Of a DNA stretch of 64,000 bases, positions 12,524-21,885 are shown in pieces. A program made the translations under genes and the position numbers. The DNA comes from an uncultured Gemmatimonadaceae bacterium (GTDB lineage: Bacteria > Gemmatimonadota > Gemmatimonadetes > Gemmatimonadales > Gemmatimonadaceae), in assembly GCA_963781585.1 (NCBI GenBank), contig CAWAGQ010000004.1, positions 576,001 to 640,000 of the forward strand. Direction: 5' to 3'. Positions within the stretch are counted from its first letter, which is position 1. Every line of letters begins with the position of its first letter. The notes below the pieces were generated by a model. The model saw only the letters and a list, made by a program, of their open reading frames with translations, searched no databases and was not told where the DNA came from.

Positions 12524-13450
12524 TCACCCGCGGGGATGGTACTGCTTGTGGACCTGTCGAAGATACTCGCGATCGATATGGGTGTAGACCTGCGTGGTCG
12601 AGATGTCTACGTGGCCGAGCATCTCCTGCACCGCCCGGAGGTCCGCTCCACCCTCGAGGAGATGCGTGGCGAACGAGTGACGCAGCGTATGCGGGGAGAC
12701 CCGCTTGGCGATCCCGGCCCGGTCGACGTACTTCCGGAGAATCTTCCAGGCGCCCATGCGGGAGAGTGGCTCCCCGCGGGCATTGAGGAAGAGAACACCC
12801 TTGCCGCGCCGACCGTCGTCCGAAAGTCTCGGGCGCAGCTCACGCAGGTAGAGGATCACCGATGAGAGCGCCGGTCGGCCCACCGGCACCAGGCGCTCCT
12901 TCCCGCCCTTCCCGAACGCCCGCACCAGTCGCTCCTCGACCAGAACGTCGCGTACGGCGAGGGTGGTCCATTCCGACACCCGGAGTCCGGCGGCGTAGGC
13001 CAACTCCAGCATGGCGCGATCGCGAAAATAGAGCGGATCTTCCATCGTCGGTGCCGTCAGGAGCTTCTCGATCTCCACCGTGGTCAGCACCTCCGGCAGG
13101 GTGCGCCAGCGCGCGGGCAGCTCGAGGCGCTCGCTGGGGTCGGAGGTCAGCGTCTGCTCTGAGACGAGGAACGCAAAGTAGGTGTGAAGTGCGGACACCG
13201 TCCTGCGAATCGACGCCGATGCGAGGCCGGCGTCCTTCAAGTGGAACATGAAGCTGCGGAGGAGCCGGGAGTCGACGTCGACCGGGCGCCGCGTTCCCCT
13301 CGACACGGCGAACGCGACGAAACGCCGGAGGTCCCCCCCATAGGCCTGCCGCGTGCGCACGGCGCTGCCCTGCTCGAGGTTCAGAAAATCGTCGAACCGC
13401 TCGAGCAGAAACTCACGAGCGATCTCGTCAGGCAGAACGCCGGGCGTCAT
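12524..13450 (-). CDS. xerD: Tyrosine recombinase XerD
   Basis: RDRAMLELAYAAGLRVSE, GKGGKER, HTLRHSFATHLL, LGHVDISTTQVY, YHPRG; ATG at 13450. Confidence 0.9.
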   Translation of the reverse strand: MTPGVLPDEIAREFLLERFDDFLNLEQGSAVRTRQAYGGDLRRFVAFAVSRGTRRPVDVDSRLLRSFMFHLKDAGLASASIRRTVSALHTYFAFLVSEQTLTSDPSERLELPARWRTLPEVLTTVEIEKLLTAPTMEDPLYFRDRAMLELAYAAGLRVSEWTTLAVRDVLVEERLVRAFGKGGKERLVPVGRPALSSVILYLRELRPRLSDDGRRGKGVLFLNARGEPLSRMGAWKILRKYVDRAGIAKRVSPHTLRHSFATHLLEGGADLRAVQEMLGHVDISTTQVYTHIDREYLRQVHKQYHPRG

Positions 13451-14064
13451 CGCGCGCGCCGCCGCCGCCGCCGCACGATCAGGGCGGCGATCGCCGCGAC
13501 GCCGATCGCCGCCGCCACGAAGCCGGTATTCCGCGCCAGTCGGCCGATGGTGTGGACGACCGCGTCCCAGTTGTTTCCGGCATGGAAGGCGATCAACATG
13601 ACGGCGCCGTACCAGATCGCGGACGCCAGCGTCACGGCGATGCCGGTCAGGAGCACCGGAATACGGAGGGCCCCGGCGAACGGAGTCACGACCGCGCGCA
13701 CGCCGGGCACGAATCGCAGGAGAAACAGGGAAATCACGCCGTACCGGAGGTACCAGGACGTGATGCGCGACTCCGCCGCATCCGCGTTCTTCAGATGAAA
13801 TTTGCGCTCGGTCCAGGTTGCGCCGAAGTGACGCCCGAGCGCGTACATCACGAACGCCCCGCTGACGTTGCCGGCCAGAACGGACAGCAGCGCCGGCAGC
13901 GGCGAGCTGTTCGCGCGCGCCGCGAGAAAGGCACCGAACGCGATCAGCACATCGGCCGGCAGCGGAGGGAAGACATTCTCGGCGGCAGCGAGAAGGCCCA
14001 TCGCCACGAGCAGCGTGGCGGGAGGAAGCGACGCCAGCCAGTCGAGGACCGCGGCGAGGTTCAT
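13447..14064 (-). CDS. DedA family membrane protein
   Basis: ENVFPPLPAD and RFVPGVR motifs. Confidence 0.88.
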   Translation of the reverse strand: MNLAAVLDWLASLPPATLLVAMGLLAAAENVFPPLPADVLIAFGAFLAARANSSPLPALLSVLAGNVSGAFVMYALGRHFGATWTERKFHLKNADAAESRITSWYLRYGVISLFLLRFVPGVRAVVTPFAGALRIPVLLTGIAVTLASAIWYGAVMLIAFHAGNNWDAVVHTIGRLARNTGFVAAAIGVAAIAALIVRRRRRRAR

Positions 14065-14145
14065 GATTGACCGGCTCGCCGCAGCGATCTGCAGTCGGCC
14101 CTTGGCACGTCGGCCGTGTCCTCTGTGCTGGTAGCCACCGGCGGC

Positions 14146-14655
14146 CTACCGCTCGGCTTCGGGAGCGTCCTGGCCGCGCACGATGGTTGCGACGGCAATG
14201 CAGGCGAGTCCTTCGCCCCGCCCGATCCATCCCATGCGCTCGTTGGTCTTTCCCTTCACACTCACGTTCGTCATCGGCACGCTCAGCGCTTCTGCGAGGT
14301 GGGCGCGCATGGCCGATCGATATCCGGTGAGCTTCGGCGTCTCGGCGATCACCGTGACATCGGCGTTCACGACTCGCCACCCCTCCCGGTTCACGCGCGC
14401 GACGGCGGCGCGCAGCATCTCCAGCGAATTCCGTCCGGCGTTTTCCGCGTCCTCGTCGGAGAACATCTCGCCGATGTCGCCAAGGGCGGCGGCCCCCAGC
14501 ACCGCGTCGGTGAGCGCATGGGCTACCGCATCCCCGTCTGAGTGGCCGATCAGCGCGAAATCCACCGGGATGCGCACGCCGCCCAGAATGAGGGGTCCCC
14601 CGGGAGCGAAGCGGTGCGAGTCGTATCCAATCCCGGCGCGGACGGTGGCAGGCAT
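14146..14655 (-). CDS. ispF: 2-C-methyl-D-erythritol 2,4-cyclodiphosphate synthase
   Basis: GIGYDSHRF, GHSDGD, GDIG, KGKTNE. Confidence 0.95.
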   Translation of the reverse strand: MPATVRAGIGYDSHRFAPGGPLILGGVRIPVDFALIGHSDGDAVAHALTDAVLGAAALGDIGEMFSDEDAENAGRNSLEMLRAAVARVNREGWRVVNADVTVIAETPKLTGYRSAMRAHLAEALSVPMTNVSVKGKTNERMGWIGRGEGLACIAVATIVRGQDAPEAER

Positions 14656-14735
14656 GTTCCGGTCGGTGCGCTAGGGTGACGTCGCGAGCGCGATGGCGAA
14701 AGCGGCGCGCTCCGCAGCGAGCGGGCCGCCCGCGT

Positions 14736-15770
14736 TCACGCGGCTGCGGTCTCCGGCGCCCGGATGATCGTGTAGTCCTGGCGGCGACGGGCGGGCGTGA
14801 ACCCCGCATCCCGGATGAGTCGCTCCATCTCGTCGGTCGTGGTGCGGTAGGTCGTGCCGGCGCTCGACACGACGTTCTCCTCGATCATCAGGGAACCGAA
14901 ATCGTTGCAGCCGAAACGCAGGGCCAATTGCCCGATCTTGAGTCCCATCGTTACCCAGCTCGACTGGAGGTTGGGCACGTTGTCGAGCACGACCCGCGCG
15001 ATGGCGACCGTGCGCAGGTAGTCGACCGCGCCCAGCTTGGGCATGTGCGACATGGTCGGCGTGTGCTCGGGCTGCAAGGGCCAGCAGATGAACGCCGTGA
15101 ATCCTCCCGTGCGCGACTGGAGGTCGCGGACGCGGTTCAAGTGCTCGATCCGCTCGGTGAGCGTCTCGCCGATGCCGTACATCATCGTGACCGACGTCTT
15201 CATTCCCTCCTGGTGCGCCAACTCCATGATCTCGAGCCAGCGATCGGCGCCCGCCTTCTTCGGCGCCACCTGGTCGCGCACCCGCTGCACCAGGATCTCA
15301 CCGCCGCCGCCTGGAATAGAATCGAGGCCGGCAGCACGCAGCTCACGGATTACGTCGCGGGCGTCCATGCGGAAAAGGGTCGAGAAGAAGTCGACCTCGC
15401 TCGGAGAGAATCCATGGATGTGGATCGGGTGGTACTGCTTGATGTAGCGCATCAGATCGAGGTACCACTCGAACGGAATGTACGGATTGTGCCCACCCTG
15501 AATGAGGATCTGCACGCCGCCCAGTGCCTTGGTTTCGTCGATTTTCGCACCGATCTGCTCGAACGAGAGGGTGTACCCTTCCCCGTGCCGTGGCCGGCGA
15601 TAGAAGGCGCAGAAGCCGCAATCGGCCACGCATACGTTCGTGTAGTTGATGTTCCGGTCCACGATATACGTGACGATGTTGTGCGGGTGCTTTTCGGTCC
15701 GCACCCGGTCGGCCGCGAGGCCGAGCTCGAGGAGCGGGGCGTTCGTGTAGAAATCGAGGAGGTCGTTCAT
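14736..15770 (-). CDS. mqnC: Dehypoxanthine futalosine cyclase (radical SAM)
   Basis: DRNINYTNVCVADCGFC, SIPGGGGEIL, MIEENVV; mqnA and mqnE nearby; ATG at 15770. Confidence 0.88.
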   Translation of the reverse strand: MNDLLDFYTNAPLLELGLAADRVRTEKHPHNIVTYIVDRNINYTNVCVADCGFCAFYRRPRHGEGYTLSFEQIGAKIDETKALGGVQILIQGGHNPYIPFEWYLDLMRYIKQYHPIHIHGFSPSEVDFFSTLFRMDARDVIRELRAAGLDSIPGGGGEILVQRVRDQVAPKKAGADRWLEIMELAHQEGMKTSVTMMYGIGETLTERIEHLNRVRDLQSRTGGFTAFICWPLQPEHTPTMSHMPKLGAVDYLRTVAIARVVLDNVPNLQSSWVTMGLKIGQLALRFGCNDFGSLMIEENVVSSAGTTYRTTTDEMERLIRDAGFTPARRRQDYTIIRAPETAAA

Positions 15771-15903
15771 GAACGGCGGTCCGATTGGGCGGGTTTCCGA
15801 CGGGCATGCCTGCCACCCGGGCGACCCTGTAATCTCGCCAGACGGCGGGTCTGCGGCGAGTGCGTCACGTGGCGCGATGGAAGATGGGGTCACTTTACGG
15901 GAG

Positions 15904-16014
15904 CCTCGGATGCGCTCGTCGGGGGCGCGATTCTCAGGGGGCCTCGGATACGCCGGTTGGGAACTCGGAGCGCGCGATTGTACGGAGCCTCGGAGGCGTG
16001 GTTGGGGCCTCGGA
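15904..16014 (+). repeat. Cluster of five (C/A)CTCGGA direct repeats in a divergent intergenic region
   Basis: Copies at 15904, 15942, 15963, 15988 and 16008. Confidence 0.6.
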
Positions 16015-16031
16015 GCGTGGAGGAAGGACCT

Positions 16032-17138
16032 GTGAAGAGCCGATCGGGTATGAGCGCCGTCGTGTTCGCTGTCCTCGTGACCCGTCGGCCGGCGAGGGGG
16101 CTCCCGATGGCTGGGCGTGCACTGGTCGTGGCATTGATGATGGCGACTCTGATCGCCGCGCTTCCCGCCCGTGCGCAGCGCATGGTGATCGCCGGCGTTG
16201 TGCGTGACGAGGGCGGCGCGCCGATCGAGAATGCCCTGGTCACCCTGGACGGCGATCAGCGCGCGGTGCGGCACGTGCGCACCAACGTGACCGGGGAATT
16301 CGTGTTCGGCCGGGTGGCGCGCGGGTTTCACGGTCTGTCCACGATGCGGATCGGATACGCGCCCGATGAACGCGTCGTCGAGGTTCTCGACTCCCTGGCC
16401 GCCGTCACCGTTGTCCTTCGCCGCCTTCCCTACAGTCTCGACACGCTGCGGGTTGTCGCCAACCGGTCAGGGGTCTTTGGCCAGGTGCTGGCACATGGCG
16501 GGACGATACCAGTTGATTCGGCCGCGGTGACCGTGATGCGAACGCGCTGGTCAACCACCACGGGACGCGATGGGCGATTCGACATCCCGGAGCAGATGGA
16601 GACGGGAGCCAGGGTGCTGTTCGTGCGCCGGGCCGGCTACCAGTCCAAGATGACGTCGATCAGCGTGTCACCGGAGAAGGCGGTGGAGGTCGCGGTGGTA
16701 CTCGATACCCTGACCGCACCGGGCGGGATGCGTCGCGCGATGCCGCTGTCCGAGATGGAGGAACGCGTCCGCTACATGGGCAGCCGGGCGGCGCTGGTGC
16801 CGGCGAACGAGATCGCGGGCTACAAGCGCATGAATCTTCGCGACGCGATCGGCCTGGCGCCGAGCTATCTCAAGGCGAACATCCGCATGTCGGATCGGGC
16901 GTGTCTCTTCGTGAACGGGCTTCCGCGCCTTTTCGGAACGACAAACGAGTACGAGGCGGACGAGATCGAGAGCGTGGAGGTCTACGGGCCGAGGTCGGAA
17001 TGGACCGGGACGCTGGCCCGTCGGTGGGCCGAACAGTATCCGAAGTTTTCGTGCGGAGATCCCGACTGCAATAACCTGCTTCCGCGCTGTATCGGGGACG
17101 TGAGCGCGGTGGTGGTCTGGCTCAAGCAGCCGGACTAG
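16032..17138 (+). CDS. Secreted protein with two carboxypeptidase-regulatory-like domains and a C-terminal TonB-plug-like domain
   Basis: Signal peptide ending in PARA; IAGVVRDEGGAPIENALV and TTGRDGRF repeats; LFVNG...IESVEVY...VVVWLK. Start uncertain (GTG 16032 after GAGGAAGGA, or ATG 16050/16107). Confidence 0.7.
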   Translation: MKSRSGMSAVVFAVLVTRRPARGLPMAGRALVVALMMATLIAALPARAQRMVIAGVVRDEGGAPIENALVTLDGDQRAVRHVRTNVTGEFVFGRVARGFHGLSTMRIGYAPDERVVEVLDSLAAVTVVLRRLPYSLDTLRVVANRSGVFGQVLAHGGTIPVDSAAVTVMRTRWSTTTGRDGRFDIPEQMETGARVLFVRRAGYQSKMTSISVSPEKAVEVAVVLDTLTAPGGMRRAMPLSEMEERVRYMGSRAALVPANEIAGYKRMNLRDAIGLAPSYLKANIRMSDRACLFVNGLPRLFGTTNEYEADEIESVEVYGPRSEWTGTLARRWAEQYPKFSCGDPDCNNLLPRCIGDVSAVVVWLKQPD

Positions 17139-17206
17139 GTGCGCAGATCTCCCGTGCGGCTGCACAAGAAGCAGTAATACTCGCACGTCCGCTGCGGAGG
17201 TGACGG

Positions 17207-18034
17207 ATGCAGGTCTCGTTATGCATCACCACCCGGGTCTCGTCGCCCGGCGCACGTCGGCGCGCCGGGACCGGGGTCGCGATTCTGGTGGCGGCCGTCG
17301 GGGCAGGACTCTCGCCCGCCCGTGCCGAGTCGCAGGAACCGACTACGCGGGTCATCGCGGGCAGCGTCACCGACACGTCGCGGCATCCGGTTCCCTACGT
17401 CAACGTGCAGCTCGGCTCCAGGACGCGCATCGTCGCCGACGACTCGGGCCGGTTTCGGCTGAACGCCCCGCGCGGCGACGCGGTCACGCTCGATATCCGG
17501 CGGATCGGCTATCGCCCGACCGACGTGCACCTTCCCCCCGGCGGAGACACCTCGATCGTGGTGGCGCTCGTTCCCGCGGCCCAGCCGCTTCCCAAGTCAG
17601 TGGTGGCGGGAGCCGACACGCGGTCGCGCGCTCTCGCCCTGCACGGCTTCTACGAGCGGCTCGACGACCACCGAAAAGGGATCTCGTGGGGGTGGTTCAT
17701 CACACCGGAGGACATCGAGCGGCGGCACCCGAACCTCATCACGTACATGATCGATGGCATTCCCAGCGTGTCGGTGCGGCGCGGTCTGCGGCATACCGAC
17801 AACACGATTCTGGGCAGCAATTTCGACATCAACGGGAATCGCTGCCGGATGACGGTCTATCTGGACGGGATCCGGGTGATTTCGTCGGTGGGCGCACAGT
17901 ATCAGAGCCTCGACGATCTGGTCACCTCCACCTCGGTGGCCGGGGTGGAGGTGTACGCGCGCCCCGGCGAGGTTCCGCCGCAGTACCAGCATCTCAATGG
18001 GACCTGCGGCGTGGTGCTGGTGTGGACGAAATAG
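17207..18034 (+). CDS. Secreted protein with one carboxypeptidase-regulatory-like domain and a C-terminal TonB-plug-like domain
   Basis: GGAGG RBS; signal ending in PARA; IAGSVTD, DDSGRF, RRIGY; VYLDG...VAGVEVY...CGVVLVWTK stop. Confidence 0.75.
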   Translation: MQVSLCITTRVSSPGARRRAGTGVAILVAAVGAGLSPARAESQEPTTRVIAGSVTDTSRHPVPYVNVQLGSRTRIVADDSGRFRLNAPRGDAVTLDIRRIGYRPTDVHLPPGGDTSIVVALVPAAQPLPKSVVAGADTRSRALALHGFYERLDDHRKGISWGWFITPEDIERRHPNLITYMIDGIPSVSVRRGLRHTDNTILGSNFDINGNRCRMTVYLDGIRVISSVGAQYQSLDDLVTSTSVAGVEVYARPGEVPPQYQHLNGTCGVVLVWTK

Positions 18035-18216
18035 GTCAGAGGCCATAGGCCACGGGCCATAGGCCGTAGCCATCGGTCAGAGGCCAGAGGTCAGAGGGTC
18101 AGAGGCCAGAGGGTCAGAGGCCAGAGGTCAGAGGTCAGAGGTCAGAGGTCATAGGTCATAGGCGAGGGGTCATAGGTCAGAGGTCATGGGTCATAGGTCA
18201 GAGGTCATGGGCCACA
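18034..18216 (+). repeat. Tandem heptamer array, about 25 units of consensus GGYCAKA
   Basis: Direct reading: GGTCAGA, GGCCATA, GGCCAGA, GGTCATA, GGTCATG units in tandem with a few 1-nt slips. Confidence 0.93.
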
Positions 18217-18247
18217 ACCAGCGGCCAGGGGGCCGTACCACAAATCC

Positions 18248-19135
18248 CTACGCCGCGGGCAGGAACGCCAGGGTCCCGTTAGGCACGCGCCCGGCGGCCA
18301 CGAGTCGCCTGAAGAACTCGGTGAGTCCGGCCAGATGGGGATACGACAGACCGTAGTCGAGGCCGCTCAGATACTCATGGCAGAGCGAGACCGCGACCCC
18401 CGTTGCCCTGGACGCGCGTTCCGAGAGCTCCGGAAGATGCCGCAGTCCCCAGTTGCGTGATGCGATGAGGCTGGCGTGCAACGCGAGCGCAGCGTCTACG
18501 GGTGCGGCGCGCTGGGCGACCCAGACGGCGAAGACGAACGGCTGCCCGGTCCAGGCCTTCCACTCCCTGCCGAGGTCGTACGCAAAGGGATAGGTCGGCG
18601 TCGGCGTCCCGGTCGCCGGGAGTCCGCCGTCGCGAGTACCGGCTCGGGCTCGCTCCTCCATGGCGGACCCCAGCACCAGAGCCGCATCGCCGATGACGAG
18701 GCGCGCATCGTGGGGTTCATCGTCGAACCGCGCCACGTCGGTGAGTTCCGCATCGCCGGGGACAAACTCGGGCTGCGCGTGCCAGACGTGCTCGAACAAC
18801 AGCTCGATCAGCGCGAGGCTGGTCATCGAGCTGCGGCTCACGATGACGCGCCGGCCCCCGAGCTCGGACGCCGGCCGGCGCGAAAAAAGGATCACGCTGC
18901 GCACCGGTCCGTCGCACGAGATGGCCAGGTCCGGCAGCAGGAGATAGCGTTCTGAGGCGCGGGCGTATTCGATCGCCGACACCACGCTCACATCGAGTTC
19001 GCCACGCGCCATGAGCGCGTTGAGGGCGGTGGGAACGCCGCTCACCAGCGCGGCATCGAGCGAAACGGCCCCGGCGTCAATCGCGCCGTAGACCGGATAG
19101 CAGTTGATATACGGAATCCGGCCGAGGCGCAGCAT
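18248..19135 (-). CDS. mqnA: Chorismate dehydratase (futalosine pathway)
   Basis: LGRIPYINCYP, GPVRSV, SMTS, LVIGDAAL, DLGREW, PFVFAVW. Confidence 0.9.
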   Translation of the reverse strand: MLRLGRIPYINCYPVYGAIDAGAVSLDAALVSGVPTALNALMARGELDVSVVSAIEYARASERYLLLPDLAISCDGPVRSVILFSRRPASELGGRRVIVSRSSMTSLALIELLFEHVWHAQPEFVPGDAELTDVARFDDEPHDARLVIGDAALVLGSAMEERARAGTRDGGLPATGTPTPTYPFAYDLGREWKAWTGQPFVFAVWVAQRAAPVDAALALHASLIASRNWGLRHLPELSERASRATGVAVSLCHEYLSGLDYGLSYPHLAGLTEFFRRLVAAGRVPNGTLAFLPAA

Positions 19136-20322
19136 CAATTCCGGCCGTCGGAGTCGTCGAAGACGCGCAGCACGTTGTAGAACGAGTCACGCTCGGCCGG
19201 CGTCTTCCCGGCGGCGCGGATCAGCCGGAGGATATCGTCCAGGGCCAGGGACTGCGGCGTGGTCGCGCCCACGGCGTGGTAGATCTTTTCGCGCACCACG
19301 GTTCCTTCGAGATCGTTCACGCCGAAATGCAGCGACGTCTGTGACAGGAACGGCGTCACCATGATCCAGTGCGACTTGATGTGGTCGAAGTTGTCGAGAA
19401 ACAGGCGGGCCACGGCAAGGCTCCGGAGATCATCGAATCCGGTGGTGGCCTGACCCTGGCGGCTCAGACGAACACCCAGCTCGTTGTCGTCGGGGTGGTA
19501 CGCCAGCGGGATGTAGGCGAGAAAGCCTCCCGTCTCGTCCTGAAGGTCGCGCAGCATTTCCAGGTGCGCCGCCCGGTCCTCCATGGTCTCGACATGACCG
19601 TAGAGCATGGTGCAGTTGGTGCGGATCCCCAGGCGATGGGCGGCGCGATGCACGCCGATGTAGTCGGCGCCGCCGAGCTTCCTGTCGGCGATCTGTTCGC
19701 GGACGGCGAGGGAGAACGTCTCGGCGCCACCTCCCGGCATCGTGTCGAGTCCGGCCTCGCGCAGCGCCACGAGCACGTCCTCCCAGGACATCTTCTCGAT
19801 GCGCGCGAGGTGCGCGATCTCGACCGCGGTGAGCGCCTTGATGTGCACGTGGGGGAATTCGTGCTTGAGCGCGCGGAACATCGTCGTGTAGTAGTCGAGC
19901 CCCGCCTTCATGTCGAGGCCACCGACGATGTGGAATTCCTTGATCATGCCGTCGCGCGCCGACTCGGCTTCCGCCAGTACCTGATCGAGGTCGTAGCGAT
20001 ACGCCCCTTCTTCCTTCGGCAACCGCGCGTAGCCGCAGAATACGCAGGTCTTGCGCAGGATGCAGACGTTGGTCGGATTGATGTGCTGATTGGCCGCGAA
20101 CGTCACCACGTTGCCGTGGCGCGCGCGGGTCACCGCGTCTGCCATGGCGCCCACGCCGAGCAGGTCGGGCGATCGGAAGAGGGTCACGGCGTCGGCGGGC
20201 GAGAGCCGTTCTCCGGCGCGCACCCTGCGCGCGATGGGTAGCAGCGCCTGATCGCGGACGGCGGCGTCGCGGAACGTCGGGCTGGCGGTTTGGGCCGAAG
20301 GCGGTGCGGTGCGAGCCGTCAT
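19135..20322 (-). CDS. mqnE: Aminofutalosine synthase (radical SAM)
   Basis: HINPTNVC..TCVFC, HIVGG, HIKALTAVEI, MPGGGAE, HIKSHW, EKIYH; adjacent to mqnA. Confidence 0.87.
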   Translation of the reverse strand: MTARTAPPSAQTASPTFRDAAVRDQALLPIARRVRAGERLSPADAVTLFRSPDLLGVGAMADAVTRARHGNVVTFAANQHINPTNVCILRKTCVFCGYARLPKEEGAYRYDLDQVLAEAESARDGMIKEFHIVGGLDMKAGLDYYTTMFRALKHEFPHVHIKALTAVEIAHLARIEKMSWEDVLVALREAGLDTMPGGGAETFSLAVREQIADRKLGGADYIGVHRAAHRLGIRTNCTMLYGHVETMEDRAAHLEMLRDLQDETGGFLAYIPLAYHPDDNELGVRLSRQGQATTGFDDLRSLAVARLFLDNFDHIKSHWIMVTPFLSQTSLHFGVNDLEGTVVREKIYHAVGATTPQSLALDDILRLIRAAGKTPAERDSFYNVLRVFDDSDGRN

Positions 20323-20336
20323 GCCGGATGCCACAG

Positions 20337-21578
20337 CTACTCCTCGTACCGCCGCACGGCGAGCGTCACGTTGTGGCCGCCGAAGCCGAAGCTGTTGCTG
20401 AGCGCGAGGTCGACCTGCCGGGACACCGGTGTGTTGGGGGCATAGTTGAGGTCGCAGTCGGGATCCGGCGTGCAATAGTTGATGGTGGGCGGCACCACGT
20501 TGTTGGTCACGGCCAGCGTGGAGATCACGAACTCCAGGCCGCCGGCGGCGCCTAACGTATGACCGGTCGACGACTTGGTGGAGCTCACGTGCAGAGTGTG
20601 CGACGCGGGCCCGAATACCGCCTTGATCGCCAGCGTCTCGTTGAGATCGTTGTACGGCGTGGAGGTGCCGTGAGCATTGATGTAGTCCACGTCCTCCGGT
20701 CTCGCGCCCGCGTCACGCAGCGCCCGCACCATGGAGCGTTGCGCACCCTCCCCCTCCGGCGCCGGCTGAGTCATGTGGTAGGCGTCGCCGGTGGCCCCGT
20801 ACCCCACGATCTCGGCATAGATCTGGGCGCCGCGCGCCTTCGCATGCTCGAGCTCCTCGAGTATCACCACGCCCGCGCCCTCGCCCATCACGAAACCGTC
20901 GCGTTCCTTGTCGAAGGGCCGGGAGGCGGTCTTCGGAGAGTCGTTGCGCTCCGAGAGGGCCTGCATGTTCGAGAACCCACCGATGGCCATCGGCGTCACC
21001 GCCGCCTCCGATCCACCGGTGATCATGACATCGGCGTCGCCGTACTGGATGGTGCGAAAGGCATCGCCGATGGCGTGCGCGCTGGTGGCGCAGGCCGACA
21101 CGGTGGCGTAGTTGGGTCCCTTGGCGTTGAATCGCATCGATACGATTCCCGCCGCCATGTCCGAAATGAACATCGGAATGAAGAACGCCGAGATCTTGCT
21201 CGGGCCCCACTCACGATATACGTCGTGTTGCTCCTCGAAGATCTTGAGGCCGCCGATTCCCGATCCGATGATCACGCCGGTATTCAGCGGATCGAAACCA
21301 CCCCGTTCGAGTCCGGCATCGCCCATGGCCTGCACTGCGGCGGCCAGCGCAAACTGCGTGTACACGTCGGTCCGCTTCGCCTCCTTGCGATCCATGTAGG
21401 CGAGTGCATCGAATCCCTTCACCTCGCAGGCGAATCGGACAGGAAACTTCGCGGCATCGAACTTGGAGATGAAGTCTGCACCGGAGACTCCATCCAACAG
21501 CGCGCGCCAGGTCGTCGCGACGTCGTTCCCGACAGGCGAGATTGCTCCGAGTCCGGTGACGACGACCCGACGGCGCAT
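20337..21578 (-). CDS. fabF: Beta-ketoacyl-ACP synthase II
   Basis: RRVVVTGLG, SACATS, NAHGTST, SNSFGFGG. Confidence 0.96.
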   Translation of the reverse strand: MRRRVVVTGLGAISPVGNDVATTWRALLDGVSGADFISKFDAAKFPVRFACEVKGFDALAYMDRKEAKRTDVYTQFALAAAVQAMGDAGLERGGFDPLNTGVIIGSGIGGLKIFEEQHDVYREWGPSKISAFFIPMFISDMAAGIVSMRFNAKGPNYATVSACATSAHAIGDAFRTIQYGDADVMITGGSEAAVTPMAIGGFSNMQALSERNDSPKTASRPFDKERDGFVMGEGAGVVILEELEHAKARGAQIYAEIVGYGATGDAYHMTQPAPEGEGAQRSMVRALRDAGARPEDVDYINAHGTSTPYNDLNETLAIKAVFGPASHTLHVSSTKSSTGHTLGAAGGLEFVISTLAVTNNVVPPTINYCTPDPDCDLNYAPNTPVSRQVDLALSNSFGFGGHNVTLAVRRYEE

Positions 21579-21817
21579 CAGGCCGAGACCTTCTCATTGA
21601 GGTACTTCAGGGCGTCGCCTACCGTGCGAAGCTTCTCGGCGTCCTCGTCCGGGATGTCGATGTTGAACTCCTTCTCGAATTCCATGACCAGCTCGACAAT
21701 ATCGAGACTATCGGCACCCAGGTCTTCGATGAAACTCGCCTCGGGGGTGAGCTTCTCGCGTTCGACTCCCAGCTCCTTCTCAATGATGTCTTTGACCTTC
21801 TCCGCGTGGTCTGCCAT
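21578..21817 (-). CDS. acpP: Acyl carrier protein
   Basis: [14 protein letters not shown]. Confidence 0.97.
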   Translation of the reverse strand: MADHAEKVKDIIEKELGVEREKLTPEASFIEDLGADSLDIVELVMEFEKEFNIDIPDEDAEKLRTVGDALKYLNEKVSA

Positions 21818-21885
21818 GGACGCTCCTCTCCGTGGGGACGAGCCAATGTGGGGTCAGGAAAGATAAGGATAAGATGCGCACAACG

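Noticed and set aside
12524..13450. Tyrosine recombinase as a phage or island integrase
   Set aside because: XerD-type signature and housekeeping context; no att repeats or cargo seen.
12524..14809. 761 aa XerD and other very long N-terminal extensions in the ORF track (mqnC, PMM/PGM, sdhC, nuoI, 14676-17138)
   Set aside because: These extensions overlap neighbouring real genes in other frames and are Arg/Pro-rich noise; internal starts give normal proteins.
18034..18216. Heptamer array as a CRISPR array
   Set aside because: Units are 7 bp with no unique spacers, and no cas genes are present.
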